Shown: positions 11,617 to 25,530 of the stretch, piece after piece | Layout of the letters: each line of letters begins with the position of its first letter | Position numbering within the stretch: position 1 is the stretch's first letter | Assembly: GCA_946965045.2 (NCBI GenBank) | Contig: OX337233.1 | Coordinates: 1,736,001-1,800,000, forward strand | DNA from: Epithemia pelagica | Taxonomy: Eukaryota > Protista > Bacillariophyta | Direction of reading: 5' to 3' | DNA length: 64,000 bases | The notes under the pieces: generated by a model | What the model saw: only the letters and a program-made list of their open reading frames with translations | Databases searched by the model: none | What the model was told of the DNA's origin: nothing | Made by a program: the position numbers and the translations under genes

Positions 11617-14600
11617 TTACATTTCCACTACCTGTCCTCCCTCATTACCATCATTTTCATTATGTTGTTCGTTTGTTGTGTCTTCATTCTCCACTTCCTC
11701 ATTGTTCTCTACTTGTGAATCCTTGTCTTCATCCTCATTCCGTGCTCTTTTCCTCCTCCCTCGTCCAACTTCCTCTAGACCATGTTTCAATCGAATATCA
11801 CAAATAACTGGATGAGCTTTGTTGATGGTATAATCATACCGTCCACTGTTGCTCTTTTGGAAAACGTGTTGCCTGACTTGTGAATGTAGGATTTCAAAAC
11901 ATGTCAGTCCCTTGAAACTTGGATGATCATGCATTTTCCAACCCTTGTTCGCTCTGTCTTTAGAATGAGCCAAATGGGCAACAAGGCCACATTTGGCGCA
12001 TTTGCCAACATTCGTATACATCCCCCCCCCCCCCTGGCAATTTGCCTTTCATCCACCAATATTCGACCATGCACACAACACACCGGGCTCTACCTGTGAT
12101 TTCGACTGGAACATGGCCGTCGACACACCGTGGATTGTCAGGTATGGATGCTGTTGACTGCTCCAGGTCGTCACTTGTACCCTCGTATTGTAGTAGACAC
12201 TGCGCAATAATGGTATAGAAGCCGTGTCTTGAAAGTCGCTTGCGTCTGCCTCTGACAGTTTGCTCATGACAAGAGAGATTCCATGCAATGTATGAGTCAA
12301 GAGCATGCAATCCACGACTGCGAGGTATATTTTCTTATACCATTTTTTGAAATGCCCTTTCGTACCAAAGGATCCTGCTTGGATCCTCATTTGGTCTCCT
12401 TTGTCCACGGATCCCATGTTTTGTTGGTACACTATCAAAGGATTTGGACAATTCAACTCTTTCTTCCTCGATCCAACTTGGCGCTTTACCACCCCGTGGC
12501 CAGTGTCCTCCAAACTAGAGACGAATGAGACAACCTTACTGTCAACCCACTGCCCACATAGGATTCCATTTACTAAGTCATGGATCACTTTGAAAGTGCC
12601 ACGGTTGTCCTTTGATTTCGACAAGTTCATTAGCGACTTGTCCCATCCGAGTCGATTGGAACGAACCGTTGCAGTAGAGAAACAATGGAACCGTTCTCGA
12701 AGAATGACCGCAAGTTGTGGGGCCATATCCCGTTATCCATACTGATATGGTGCATACCTTGTGTTTCTTTATTAAGGCCCAAACCATAACAAACATTCAA
12801 AACAGCTTTCATTGTAGTCGGAAAGCGATGAATACTAGGGCGGATATACGAGTTGGTTGCGTTAGCACCTTGATAGACATCAAGATGCAATATGGCATAA
12901 CTGGAGGAAGATGCCATAATGAAAAAGTCCACCCGAAATCTCTGTGGCTTGTCTTTATTGAACTGGCGAACCGGGCACATTCGCGAGCGACAACCCACTC
13001 CCCCCTCGTCAAAAGCCATGTCTTTGGGTACAAAGAATGTCTTCCTCGATGTCTCGTTGAGTTGGTTCAATAGTGTACGAAACTGGTAGCATTTGTCCCC
13101 TCCGCCAGCAGCCGCAACCTTGTTCTCGGGGTGAAATGCCCCACGTATCTGCCGGAAGCGATTCAATGTCATGTACTTCACGGCAAAACCCCGACTATCT
13201 TCAATCTCCACTGGAGGGACATCTGGTCCTAAATTGTAGGTGACGTTAGTTGTCTGGAAGTAAGCAGTGTACCCCCCACCATCAACCGGGTTTAGAGACA
13301 TTTTAAGCAAGATGCCCAGGAACCTGTACATCTCTTGGATTGTTACGTCTTTCCATCTTTGTGAATGGTAATAACCATTCCGAGACGCGTGCCGCAACTT
13401 CAAGTGTGAATGGTAGTACGCATTTGTGGACGAGGTAAGATTCGAGACCATCTGATTGGTCATCCCACCACATCTTTGGAAACACTCAAAGGGTGTAGAA
13501 AACGTTTGCCAAATTCCTGGTCGTAATCCTTCGCCCCCAAGGTACATTGATTTCTGGCGTTGCTCTGTACCAACCCAGTTGTACCCAACTGTACTCTCGC
13601 GTTCCTGGTACTTGAATTCTAGACTGCGTAAAACTTCCAGTAGCGTCTTCTGGTTATTGTCGTCTTCCGCTGAACCATTGTCATTTGCCTGCTGGTCATT
13701 CGCCTGTTGTTCGTTTTCGGCCGCTAAGTTTTCCACAACAACAGAGTCGTCGTCGTCAGAAGAGACACTTGCCTCGTCCAACGGATTGCCCGGCCTATCA
13801 TCAACGTCCGAATGAACAGATGCCTCTTCGTCGTCAGACGAATCCGAGAGAATGTCGCCCTCGATCGCTGCCAGGGATCTCCGCGTCACTATTTGGTTGA
13901 TTGGAGCCTCAATGGTTTGTGTGTTGTGTCCAGCGACCATCGGTAAGTCATCTGGTGGCATCGTACGAAGCATTGCCCGCCCTTGGGCCCGAAGGGTGTC
14001 CTCACTATTCGATTGGTTTCCCCCGACCATGTTTTCACGACCATGTGGTGCGGTTGGACGAGCACCAGTATTCTTGGTCAATGGGCTGTTGACAGGAACT
14101 TGGTTGCCAACTCGAGTAGGGACCGCAGGAGCATTGTTTTGTTGTTGCTGAGGCTGTGTACCTCGGCTGTTAATTTAAGTATTGATCAATTCCTTGTTTG
14201 TCTGACTGGAAGTGAACGACACAACTGACCATTCGATTGGAATATTGTCGCCATGTTGCCACTCAATGAAAAAGGTGTAATTATTTCTCTTGGCAGGACA
14301 AGCAACAATTCGACCATTCAGCATGTATGGATTCGAGTCAGACTGTTGTGGAAACTTTGCAAGGAAGGCATCGTGAAAACCGTCTTTCAACCAAAACGTG
14401 TGTGGTGCTCGTAGTTGTTGTTTCGCGAAGGAGAATCTGTTTCTTGTTTGCTTCGGTGGTCGGTTCAAAGTCGTTGGTTGTTGTGCAGGAGGAGGACGCA
14501 GCTGTTGAGGAGGTTGTTGTTGTTGCTGAGGAGGGGGTTGTGAAAAAGGGCAAGGTTCTTGTGGTGGAGGTGACTGCAAGGTTGGGGGGTTTGGATCTTG

Positions 14601-14657
14601 CGTAACGACAATTGGGCCTTCTTTTTCAGAAGCATCTTCAGTGGCGTTGCCCGACAT
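11617..14657 (-). mobile_element. piggyBac-family transposase pseudogene (~1000 codons)
   Basis: MTLNRFRQIR, MAFDEG (D1), NKDKPQRFR, HISMDN (D2), TVRSNR, WVDSKVV, YQQNMGSVDKGDQ (D3), C-terminal RCVVC...CAKC. ORF 14657-14175 is in frame with the 14081 ORF across one TAA. Frameshifts near 12730, 12310 and the 12021-12035 G-run. TTAA-flanked TIRs not identified. Confidence 0.9.
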
Positions 14658-15160
14658 TGGACTATTAGGAACCCAATGGTTCGATCCTTCGAATACTTGT
14701 TGAATGGATTCTATACGCCGTGGTACTTCTAGTTCTTTTCATCAACCTCAAACAAGTGGCATCTGTCAGGGTATCAGATGACTGCCAAAAAATGAGCAAA
14801 ACTGCCGATTCTTCTATCGAAAATTTGACGATGATACAGTCATAATTGAACTATATTGTCTTAGAGTAAAATTTTCAAAATTTCACCAGCTTCCGTTTGG
14901 AAGTGTTCATTGTCCTCAATACAAGGTAGGAGAAGAGATATGATTGATCAAATGAAATGGAGGTGCGTATGTGAGTCTCATTTTGGAATTGAGGTGCACA
15001 TGTGATACTCGGTGTTGATTGGCGTTAATTACTCATAGCTAACTCCCGTCCTCTCAAAACCTTTCCAAGACTTAAACTCAACACACATCCGGGTACCCCT
15101 GGTCGCACAACACGCCGCACATTCCTGGCAAATCGCAAAAATTTGGATTAAGTCTCGCCA

Positions 15161-16994
15161 ATGAAGTCACCGTCATCTGAGAAATCTGTCAGCACAGTTA
15201 CTGCCGCATCCCAATCTCAACAAGACCTAACGGCGTTCAGAAAAGGAACTAAGCGCGACTCAACTGCGTATGAGATATTCAAGGATGAACGATACTACGA
15301 TTCATTCTGGCGTGTATTCAAGACTACAGCTAAGGCCCAAGGTCTATCCAATGTCCTGAATTTCAAATATACAGCACCCAAAGACGATGAGTATGCTAAA
15401 GAACTTTTCCAAGAGCAAGAAGTATTTCTTTACTCGGTTCTTGTCCGTATCATCCAGACTGACCAAGGTCGAGCCTATGTACGTGAACGTGAACATGATG
15501 AAGATGCGCGTGCCGTATTGCAGAAGTTACATTCCTTGCATACCAAATATGATCTCACAAAGCGAGAAGTCCAACACTTAACCAACTACATTTCCAATCT
15601 ACGTCTTGACGACAAATGGCGGGGAACAACACGTCAATTTCTTCGACACTTTCAAGAATAGCTACATTTGCTAGACAATCTAGTGGCATGTCTGATTGCA
15701 TTCCTGATCGTACCAGGATGACTTTCCTCATGCAGGCTGTAGAAAAGGTACCGGAGTAACAAGATGATTCAAGCACCGTCGTCAACAACGTCAAGGAAAG
15801 TGCAAACACATGCCCTTGACATTGATCCGAAACCTGATCCTGCCTCTGATGACAACTCGCCTGGCATGGCTTCTGAGCATCAAGATGATTCAGATCCGGT
15901 TACACAATTTATAAACCAAGCCATGACGACTGATATCAATCATCCTGCAACTGACTTGACTAGTGTCCTTTCTAACGCCAAGTCCAAGACGAGCAAGAAG
16001 GTTACTCTCAACGCCAACATGCATAAACAAGAAGAACATGTACCACGCTATTTGTATTCCAGGAAATCTACTCTACCAGGCAATCAATTGATTGACCGTG
16101 GTGCTAATGGAGGACTTGCTGGTTCTGACATGCGCATCCTTTCCAAGACTGGCCGTCATATCACTATTGTGGGTATTGATAACCATGAACTTACTGGACT
16201 TCCTGTCGTCACATGTGTCGCAAAGTTTGAGACCAATGATGGACCTATTGTCGGCATCTTCAATGAATATGCTTATTATGGCAAGGGCTTATCTATCCAT
16301 GCTCCTGGTCAATTTGAACATTTCGGACTTGCTGTTGATGAATGATCCGTTAAGGTTGATGGTAAGCAACGCATCACTACACTTGATGGTCGTGCTATCC
16401 CTCTTCATATCAAGGAAGGATTAGCATATATTCACTCCTTGGGTATCTCCAGTGACGATGATATGAACACCTTACCTCAGATCATCTTCACGTTGCCCGA
16501 CACCTGGGACCCCGGTGTTTTGGACCATTCACATTCTCCTACATCCTCTGACAAGCAACGATTCTAATTGGAAAAAGTCAAGACTGATGGTAGTATGCCG
16601 AATCATCCGTATGACAATTATGGGGAGTACACTGATCGCGTTGTCTGCAACCTCAATCTCCTTTTGGACTTACCATGTGATCATGGACCTGGCGATGCAC
16701 CCTTCTTTTCTATCTATGCTGATGAAGATGGTAATGATCCTACCCTTCATGCCTCTGTTCACCGTCGTTACCAGGAAGCATATGACTGGAAGAAGGTCCG
16801 TCCATTCTTTGGTTGGTAATCTGAAGACGTTATTGCCGATACGTTCAAGCACACCACACGTAATGGTAGCATTACTTTTGATCAAGACACCCTCAAGAAA
16901 CATTTTAAGGCTGCTCCATGCCCGCCTTCCTCGCCGTTGTACAGTCCCCAATTTGAATCACCCATGGTTGTCAATCTTGCAACGAACCATTTAA
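15161..16994 (+). mobile_element. Ty1/Copia (CoDi) fragment: gag, protease, start of integrase
   Basis: Gag FRKGTKRD...AQGLSNVL...TDQGRAYVRE; protease IDRGANGGLAG; several nonsense codons (15659, 16343, 16817); truncated before RT. Confidence 0.85.
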
Positions 16995-18369
16995 GTCTTG
17001 AATCATGTTACAATTTTGTCGTTTTCGGATGTCACAAATATCCAGACATTCTGGAATAGTCCATAAATTTGTTGGAGAGTTAAGTGTATTGATTGGGAGC
17101 ATAAATTTGGGGGACATTTCATGACGCCCAACTGTCTGTCAGGACAAAGAAAGTCGAGCCAGTTTTGCAGAGGGTTTTCTTTCTGTTGTTGTTTCACATT
17201 GTCTATGGCTGAATCATTTGATGGTGGTTGGAGTATATTGTGTGGTTATGCTTCCAAAAGCGTGGGGCTGGGGATGGGTGATTGTAATCAAATCTTCTGA
17301 ATGTGTGTGTTCATCCCCCACAGTCATCTCTCCATAGGAAGAGCGATGAGATGTTATTGACGAGTGAAAGAAGACAAGACAACCCCGTAGATCTCGACTT
17401 GACCGAAGACAGAGTTCACGATTTAACCGAAGATATGATACTATCTCCTGTGACCATGGAACAGATAGTCAATTGGTTGGATATGACCACGAAGCAAAGC
17501 CCTAATCGAGACTCGGCCAATGTTGTATTCGTCGTTCCTACGGATTCCATTGTGACTTCAAGTACTTAAGTATCAGAATCTTACAGCTAAGTAGGTCTAT
17601 TATATCGGATTGTTGTCGGCATGTGGAATGTCTACGTACTACGATTACTTAGTCCCCCCCCCCCCCTTTGACTTCGACGCAACGGAAGTGTACAACATCT
17701 CCTCCTCGTCGTGATTTTGTCGGGGGCATTTTTCGGGGGCCTAACTCCTCGGTTCCCTCTTCTTCTGGTGAATGACAGCAGAGCCCATGTTTCTGCAATA
17801 TTTCTCTGGTTACTGCTCCAGCACTTATAGCGACAGCAGATAATATTGAAAGGTTTTTTATACAAAGTTCTGGAGTTCATGGTTTTGAGTGTTGTGTGTT
17901 GTGTTAAATTCTTGTAGACGTGTTGGAGAGAGGTCGGGGATGCCAAAAGTTGAAACGGGGTTTCCAAAAAGTTTCAACAAAAAGTTTCAAACAAAAGTTG
18001 AAAGTTGAAACTTTTTTGTTCTTTGCCATGAAGCCAGTACCCCAGATCTGATAACCGATGTTGAGAACCACCCACATCAAAAGTCAAAAGTCGATTTTTC
18101 CATGATTTTTGTCACCCGTGAAACAGGGCCTAAGAAGAGTATTTCTAGAGAGTTAGCAACCTGCTGTGAAGATGAACTACAAAGGTAGCATTCGACAAAG
18201 ATGAGTTGACGTTTTGATTTGTTTTGAAATGACTAAATAAATTGTTAGTTCCCACGACATGAAACCCAACGAGATTTCTCACCTATCTTACAAACAACAT
18301 TTTGAGAAGAACTTGAATCCATGGGTGCAATAACTTTGCAATAGAAATGCATTGGGCTTCTTAAAGTAA

Positions 18370-18939
18370 TCCCGTATATGGCTGGTGAGATTGCCCTGGA
18401 TTTGGCACTCGTCCATGCTGTCAGCTACAACAAAGTAGAAAATCTGTTTGGGCAGTTGTTGATGTCATTCACAATTGTTCCAAACTGTGAATGACTTTCA
18501 CATCCTCGGACAACAACAAAGCCTGGCAGAAGGATTGAAGGCATGGAGTGGTACAGGATTTGATTGCTGTACAGGGGCCATTGATGGAATCCTCATATGG
18601 ATTGAAAGGCCATCCGAAATATGATATGGAGTCAAGAAATTTTTCTGTCGAAGGAAGAAAAAGTTTGTATTCAATATGCAAGGTCTATGCAATAGTAATG
18701 GCAGATTTCTGGATGTCTCAATAGGCCACCTGGTTCAACATCAGCCTACCTTACGTTTGTCCCCAGTTCATTATAATGGAACGTTGAAAAGCCCAACTTC
18801 CTGGCGCCTGGTCTGGCCATTTTTGGACAAAATGCTTGCGTCTCATGCCAGTACATTGTGGCACACTTAAAGAATATTTCCGGTGGAGCACAAGATGCCT
18901 TCAACTTTTACCAATCTCAGCTGCACATAAGGATAGAGT
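18370..18939 (+). pseudogene. PIF/Harbinger (HARBI1-like DDE_Tnp_4) transposase fragment
   Basis: GFDCCTGAIDGILIWI, KKFFCRRKKKF, NMQGLCNSNGRFLDVSI, DAFNFYQSQLHIRIE; cut abruptly at 18939. Confidence 0.75.
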
Positions 18940-20189
18940 CAGGGTGCTGAAGTTGACCTTTATTTTTTTGGACTTATTGAATTAATTTCCAAAATTTTAA
19001 CGTTTTCAGGAAAGTTAAATCGAATCACGTCACGTTGCTTTGCACTTTTTGGCCCTACTGTCAAATGCACTTTTCTTGAAAATGACTTAGAACTAAAAGT
19101 GTCTAAATCGTCAAGTCCCTCCCTGTCGAATACCACTTTGATTCCCACTTTCCAACCGCTTAAGTTCTTGACTTTCCCGGCAAAGTCACAGTCGAATCGT
19201 AGCCACTGATATCTGACTTTCTTACCTCCATTTAATTTGCGACTTCCCCCAGACTGACTTTGTTGTCACTAATCAAATCGCCTGCATCGGCCAAAGTCAA
19301 CATATAGTCTGATACCACCTAACACTAATGATACCAGTCATTTTGCAACAACCCTCGTCCAACGACATTGTTTCATCTTATCTCCTGGGACATATAGTCT
19401 GATACCACCTAACACCAATGATACCAGTCGTTTTGCAACAACCCTCTTCCAACGACATTGTTTCATCTTATCTCCCATGTCCGCCGCAACAACCAACACC
19501 GTCATTGGATGTGGTGCCAGCAGAAACAACAATGATGACAAAGCCAACTCCAACAACGACAACGACTCTCCTTCTGCTGAAGTGATGCAGAAGTACAAGC
19601 AAGAGAAGAAGCCCATTTCCTTTCAGCAAGCAACAAATCCGTATTCAAGAACCTAAAGTCTTCATTATGGGGTCTTGTTGGCCACATTGACTGGGTACGT
19701 TTAAAAAATAACGCTACAAGAATCAACCAGTGGACACATCCGAGTATCTTGAATCGGATGGAAACACTCGAGACAAGTCATTACTCGGGATTGCCAAGAG
19801 ATTGACCATTTGTCCATTGTGCTTTGCAAATAAGAGATCTCTTCAAATCCATCATCATCCACGGCAATTCTGGAGTATCTTCAAACATCCAGCAACATTG
19901 TTTGAAGCACCACAAAGAAGACGTTGACAAGAAGACTCGCGAAGAATGTATCAACAAAAATAACAACCAGAAAAGATTTCTTCCTTCGTCCCGACTACCA
20001 TCACTTGTGCAGATGCAAGGAAACATTTTCACATCAAGATTTTTGAGAATGGGGTTTCCTTCTCATATAGTAGAGAAACGTGCCTTTCGAGCTCTACTTG
20101 AGTACGCAGTGACCAACACTTCTGTCCTGAATTTGCATGACTGCTCCATTGCAAACGGAGCCATGATGGCTAATGGCTATGCAAATTGA
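18940..20189 (+). mobile_element. 5' end of a probable hAT element with BED-finger remnant
   Basis: Begins CAGGGTG at the Harbinger breakpoint; AAAGTC/GACTTT motifs recur in 19000-19300; frameshifted ICPLC...SSNIQQHCLKHH resembles a BED finger. Confidence 0.5.
19300..19475. repeat. 90-bp-period tandem duplication
   Basis: acatatagtctgataccacctaacac...tttcatcttatctcc at 19300 and 19390. Confidence 0.9.
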
Positions 20190-21023
20190 GTTGTAATTGC
20201 ACCGGAGAGGAGTGCTGAGCTTTTCCTTGATCTTATCACCAGTGAAAAAGGGCATCACATCATCTGGTATTAGTGCATGTCTTGTCTGAAAGTCGTTGTG
20301 AAGGTCAGGGTACACCTTCAAAATTGGCCAAAGTTCTGCATTCTTGACTTTGTTGGCACAAATTTCATAAAAGTTCCTGGGGTGTACTTCCAAATTCCTG
20401 GCATTTGTGACTGAACAATCTTGCCATTCATGAATTTTCACGTACACGTCATAGACCTTGCCCTGCACCATGGCATGGAACAGCCAAAGATAGGGTTCCC
20501 TGCTAACCTGTCCATCCTGAAGAATGCAAACAGCAACGCGCCAAGAAAACTACCTATATCACAACAAAGCAAGAGCTGTTGGCATTGGTTTATGATATAC
20601 AAGTGCATCTACTTCCAATACACAATATCCATGTCTACTCCAGCCATACCAGTACTGTCTGCGCCATGAATATATCAGTCATGCACCCTGACCAGACCTG
20701 CACACCCACACACACACCTTAGTCCTAAAGCTCACAATCATTAACATTACCATTTCATCACTTCTTCAGTGTCCTGACTGTCCCTATGATAGAATCTTTG
20801 ATTTGGCTTTGTTCTCTGACCCGGGGAGAACTCAGCTATCAGTTGGTAATCGATTGTGGCTCTTCTAGAGCATGTATTGACAGATCTTTACTAGCAGTAA
20901 AGGTAGATTTATGACCAAGTAGCCTTGTGGCCAAGAATGCATTTCTGGTGCAGAGTCACAAAGACAGGCAGTCATGAAAGCAACAATTTATCAAACCAAC
21001 TCTTCATCATTGCATGTTAATCC

Positions 21024-21705
21024 ATGCTCTTGCTCCAAAAAATTTATGATGCCGTGTTACCGAAGGATAGTGTTTTGAAGTGCTGCAGGTGCCAGCAATA
21101 TTCCCCTCTATATAAAGGTGTTGGAGTGCATTTGAAAAGAAAGATAGGTCAAGTCAACAAAGCTCCTCCCCGAACTCGACAAGGCAAACAAAGAGAGAAG
21201 AAAATGGTTTTGACTTGTTGTCATGGTTTGAAGAAATTGAAATCCCAGCCCTAGAGCGACTGTGTGAGCAGGTTGCAACAAGTGGGAAGCGGCCTATCGT
21301 GCGATACCAGATGGATGGAGCTGGACCACATCAGGCCACGACCCTTAACAATTTTCTTGAAGAAGCATCTGCCAAGCGTCAATGGATTCTTAAATTTCAG
21401 CCGTCCAATTCGCCCATCACAAACGTGAAGGACGACTGTGTTTTCCCAGCCCTGGGATCACAAAGGGAAGTCAAATTTTTAGCCCAGATGAGTTGTGGGC
21501 AGCAGTAGAAAAGTGTTGGAGAGAGTTCAGTTTGGACTCGCTGGAACGTGGCTATGTGCGGCATAGCCAAATTGCGAGTGCATTGATTAAGTGTGAGGGT
21601 GGCAATGATTTTGTCCAGGATCGTGGAGGACTTCATTACAACGCAAGGAATTGCTTTATGACAGTTTGTGATGACAATGGCACTCCTGTTGGGGTTCAAA
21701 GTTGA
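21024..21705 (+). pseudogene. Tc1/mariner (IS630-like) DDE transposase fragment
   Basis: RYQMDGAGPH and QPSNSPITNVKDDCVFPAL match QxDNAxPH / QPxNSPDxNxxD; followed by WAAVEKCW; frameshifted. Confidence 0.7.
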
Positions 21706-22554
21706 AATGGTTTCATGGTACAGTGACACGAACGACAACAATGAATATGGGTTGTCAACAACAACCCAGCAACAACACACAACAAAAGCTAAAGTACAAG
21801 ATTCTGGATGTTGGAGAAAGCTTGAAAGACAACCTTGCAAGGATGACATCTGCTGAGATCAGAACTCTATTTCATGAGCTCCTTGTTCACCATGATTGGA
21901 TCCACGCATTGCTGAGGCTTTTGTTGCATTGGAGGATGCCCAATTTTTGGACAATGATGATGATTGAATTATCACTGATTTTTAGAGTAGTTTCAATGCA
22001 TAAAGGCAAGAATAGAATCAAATTCAGCATCTCATTGAAATGTCTCTAGCTTTAAGGTTGGAATTTGCGTTGGTACCTAGCGTGCTTTCTGCACATAGAA
22101 AGCGTGTTACACACATTATCCGGATAAAAAATATAGGAGACCGGAGTCTGGAGTAATACTATGTTTACTACTAGGAATGCCGACGACGAGGGCTGCGACG
22201 ACGAGGGCTGCGACGACGAGGGCTTAGGATGACGAGGAGGGCAATAGCAACGAGAAGTGGACCACATAAGCGAGTTTGCCAAGGTTGACCTCACGCAGTC
22301 CATGACGAGGAGCTATTTACCCGATGAGAAGTCCTAAGTACCAACAAGTGTGCCCCGGTAAGAAGGCCTAGACACAGTAAAAGTTGTTAGCTTCCTTTGT
22401 AACGAAACGGTCTTGCTTCTTCTTTCCTGTTTTCCTTTCCTTTAAGATTCAAGACGATACGTAATCTGTCTGTCGCAAACAACAGTGTGGTAGTTTGGAC
22501 AGCTTGTGGTTGGAGACGACAGTGTGGTAGCTCTTCCAGAAGATTACGTTCCTC

Positions 22555-24524
22555 ATGGGCAGGAATGATAAGAAGAAGTCACGTTCCAAGGTTTTGGAAG
22601 AGGATGATCTAGCATTATTACAACCCTTGCTAGAGCAGCTACGAAAGGCAAACGAAGATACCCGTGGAAAGAAGAGGAAGCGACTGTCCCGACGTTCCTC
22701 AACACAGAGACGTAATTACAAAGATGATGGCTCATTATCTTCTTCTACCTCTGATTCAAGTCCAACTAAGTCCATAAAAATGGGTATGGTGTCCAATTTG
22801 ACATTGAAGTCTCAACCTCCACGCCAACGGCGACACATGCAACGTAAACTTCCAACGTCCAAAGTACCCTATTCGACCTCATCTTCATCCGAATCGTCTG
22901 ATGATGATGACCCAAGTGATGACGACGATCGTTTTCTGTCGTCATCTTCCCATGATGATAATGCGGCGCGTGTCCGAGTGGCTGCTAAGGTACGACAAAA
23001 ACAAATCCCGTCCAAAATAGAAAAGGAGAAGAAGCACCAACACCAAAACGTCACACCCACCCCAGCCATTGCTCCATTCCCTGAAGACAACGATCTCTCT
23101 CTAATTGAAGAGCATCGTTGTCGTTTCAATCAACGTGTATTTGGTACTACATTCGAATATGATGATGATACAGGGACCTACCTTCAACCTGTCCGTGAAT
23201 TCGCCCGTAATTCACGAATTCTAACGCGAGAACAATTGGAAGATGAAATATATATTTTACGTCACTGGAAAAACGGAGACTCCCATGCGAAAGCCCCTCC
23301 AAAGGGCCAACCGGATCCTAGGACAGGTGTTGGATTCAGAGCACTGCATCCTCTTGGTAGAACCAAGAAGTTCCAACGTCGAGAAGTTCGCAAAATCTGG
23401 AAAAACGGCTCTACTCAGTATGTTCTTTTTGATCAAGGTCGTCGTGTGTTGGCGGCTGATGAACGGGAGCATCATGTGAGTGTCGGTTACTGGCTATGTG
23501 AAGAAACTACACATAACACGCTCAAATCCCGCTTTGCCAACATTACAAGTCGACAAGTGAAAGACTACATTCTTGGCTGCCCACGGTGTTCCATGCGGAA
23601 AAAAGAGCACCACCACATCGTGGTGCTGTCAAACCCATACGTTCACTGGCATTTCGAGATTGTTTCCAGTGCGACCTTGTAACAATGATGGACGAAAACG
23701 GCAAGGGTGAGCTGGATGTTCATGGCGTCGAAATAAAATATATTTTGAGTTGCAAGGACCACTTCACACAGTTTGTCATGCTTTCTGCTGTACCTCCAAA
23801 AAGGACAACTGCTATAGCCCATCATTTGTCAGTGATGTTTGGTGTGATAGGTTATCCATCGATTTATCACACAGACAATGGTCTGGAGTTGTGCGGAAAT
23901 GCTGTCATTGAAATGATAATGAAGCATAACCCACATATTACAACTTGCCAAGGACGCCCACGAAAACCAAGGGATCAAGGATCGATTGAAAATGCGAATA
24001 AAAGTATCAGGAATATGGTACAATCGTATGTGGCAGAAGAATGGTCAAAGGACAATACTACTTAAAATTGAACAATGTCTCTTGGGCGGACGATTGCAGC
24101 CATTAATGGATCCATGAGGAGAACTGGAACAACGCCAACTTCAGCCTATCAAACTGTCTTTGGGATTCCATACTTCGAACCTTTCGGAGGAGTAACGGGA
24201 TACTCTCTGTCCGAAATACGCAGTGGAAACACTCCTATCGAAAGGAGTATCAATAGTGGTAGTGTTGAAATGTTTGAACATTATGCTGCTTGTGGTGAAT
24301 TAACGACAAATGATGTGCCTTTGTTGGGTGATCTCGCCACAGATCAAGTGATAGCATTGATAGAACAAAACTCTGGAATGGAAATGCCAGAAGATGAAAT
24401 CCTAAAAAACTTTTCAACGCAGGAGTGGTCCACTGTGCCAGAAGAGCTACGACCTGGTAGCACCCATCAAGAGAGGGGATTGATTTGCCAACCCACCACG
24501 CCCTCAATATACAACAGCGTATGA
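22555..24524 (+). pseudogene. Ginger/KRBA2-like integrase (retroviral-type DDE) pseudogene
   Basis: H2C2-type region (...KSRFANITSRQVKDYILGCPRC); CKDHFTQF (D1), YHTDNGLE (D2), GRPRKPRDQGSIENAN (E); SAYQTVFG. Frameshift ~23610-23640, stops ~24063-24071. No RT or LTR. Confidence 0.8.
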
Positions 24525-24570
24525 CAGTGACACATCCTCTAATGGAAGAGAACGACAGGTTCAGGCGGTT

Positions 24571-25530
24571 GTGACTCTATCCAAAATGGCTGCCAACAAC
24601 AGCTATAAACAGAAACAAACACAAGAATCACGTAAATCGACACAAGAATCCCTAGAAGAAGTGAACAAGTTGACACGAGAATCCTACAAGTCAACACGTG
24701 AATCGCACAAATTAAAACAAGAATCGCACAAATCAACACATGAGTCAAACAAATCAAAACAAGAAGTTGACAAGTCAACACAAAAAGTCAACAAGTCAAC
24801 ACCGGAATCGCACAAATCGACACACGATTCCAACAAATCAAAACAAGACGTGGACAAGTCAAAACAAGATGTGGGAAAGACAACACAAAAAGTCAACAAG
24901 TCAACACCGGAATCACACAAGTCAACACAAAAAGTCGACAAGTCAACACAAGATTCCCAGAAGTCAACACAAGAAGTGGACAAGTCAACACAAGAAGTGG
25001 ACAAGTCAACGCAGGAATCCTGCAAGTCAACACAAGAAGGGCACAAATCAAAACAAGAAGTGCACAAATCAGAACAAGAAGTTGACAAGTCGACACAAGA
25101 ATTTCATGAATCAACACAAGAAGTGCACAAATCAAAACAAGAAGTTGACAAGTCGACACAAGAATTGTATGAATCAGAACAAGATATCCACAAGTCAGCA
25201 CAAAAGTTGGGAAAATCAAAACCAAAGGTCCACAGCAGACCAGATTTAGATGAGATTGAGATTGAAGAAACAGTAACAGTAACAGAAGGCCATCAGGAGA
25301 TAGACAGGAAGCCACTACACACAGTGTACAATGAAGTGACTTCCACAAAAGCATTTGTCAATGCTCATCCAAGTGATAAATTTATTGTTTGCTATCTGCA
25401 GAGCAATCTGACTTCCCTTGACCAACGGAAGAAGACTCCATCTAAGGGCGTCATTATTCGCAACTCAATTATCGAAAGTCGGTGCGGTGTCATGCACCCC
25501 CGAGGTGCATGCACCTCCTACATTATCTAG
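24571..25530 (+). CDS. Low-complexity ORF built from a 21-bp (7-aa QEVDKST) tandem repeat
   Basis: More than 20 degenerate heptads over 24600-25210; directly downstream of the integrase remnant. Confidence 0.5.
   Translation: MTLSKMAANNSYKQKQTQESRKSTQESLEEVNKLTRESYKSTRESHKLKQESHKSTHESNKSKQEVDKSTQKVNKSTPESHKSTHDSNKSKQDVDKSKQDVGKTTQKVNKSTPESHKSTQKVDKSTQDSQKSTQEVDKSTQEVDKSTQESCKSTQEGHKSKQEVHKSEQEVDKSTQEFHESTQEVHKSKQEVDKSTQELYESEQDIHKSAQKLGKSKPKVHSRPDLDEIEIEETVTVTEGHQEIDRKPLHTVYNEVTSTKAFVNAHPSDKFIVCYLQSNLTSLDQRKKTPSKGVIIRNSIIESRCGVMHPRGACTSYII

Noticed and set aside
11600-15030. TTAA-flanked piggyBac TIRs
   Set aside because: TTAA sites are present but no matching inverted termini were found.
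20094-20669. ORF fragments between the hAT and Tc1 remnants
   Set aside because: No recognisable motif; cannot be assigned.
18939-20691. 10-bp inverted match gtcagggtgc / gcaccctgac as hAT TIR pair
   Set aside because: Short, no 8-bp TSD, and the Harbinger frame does not resume after it.
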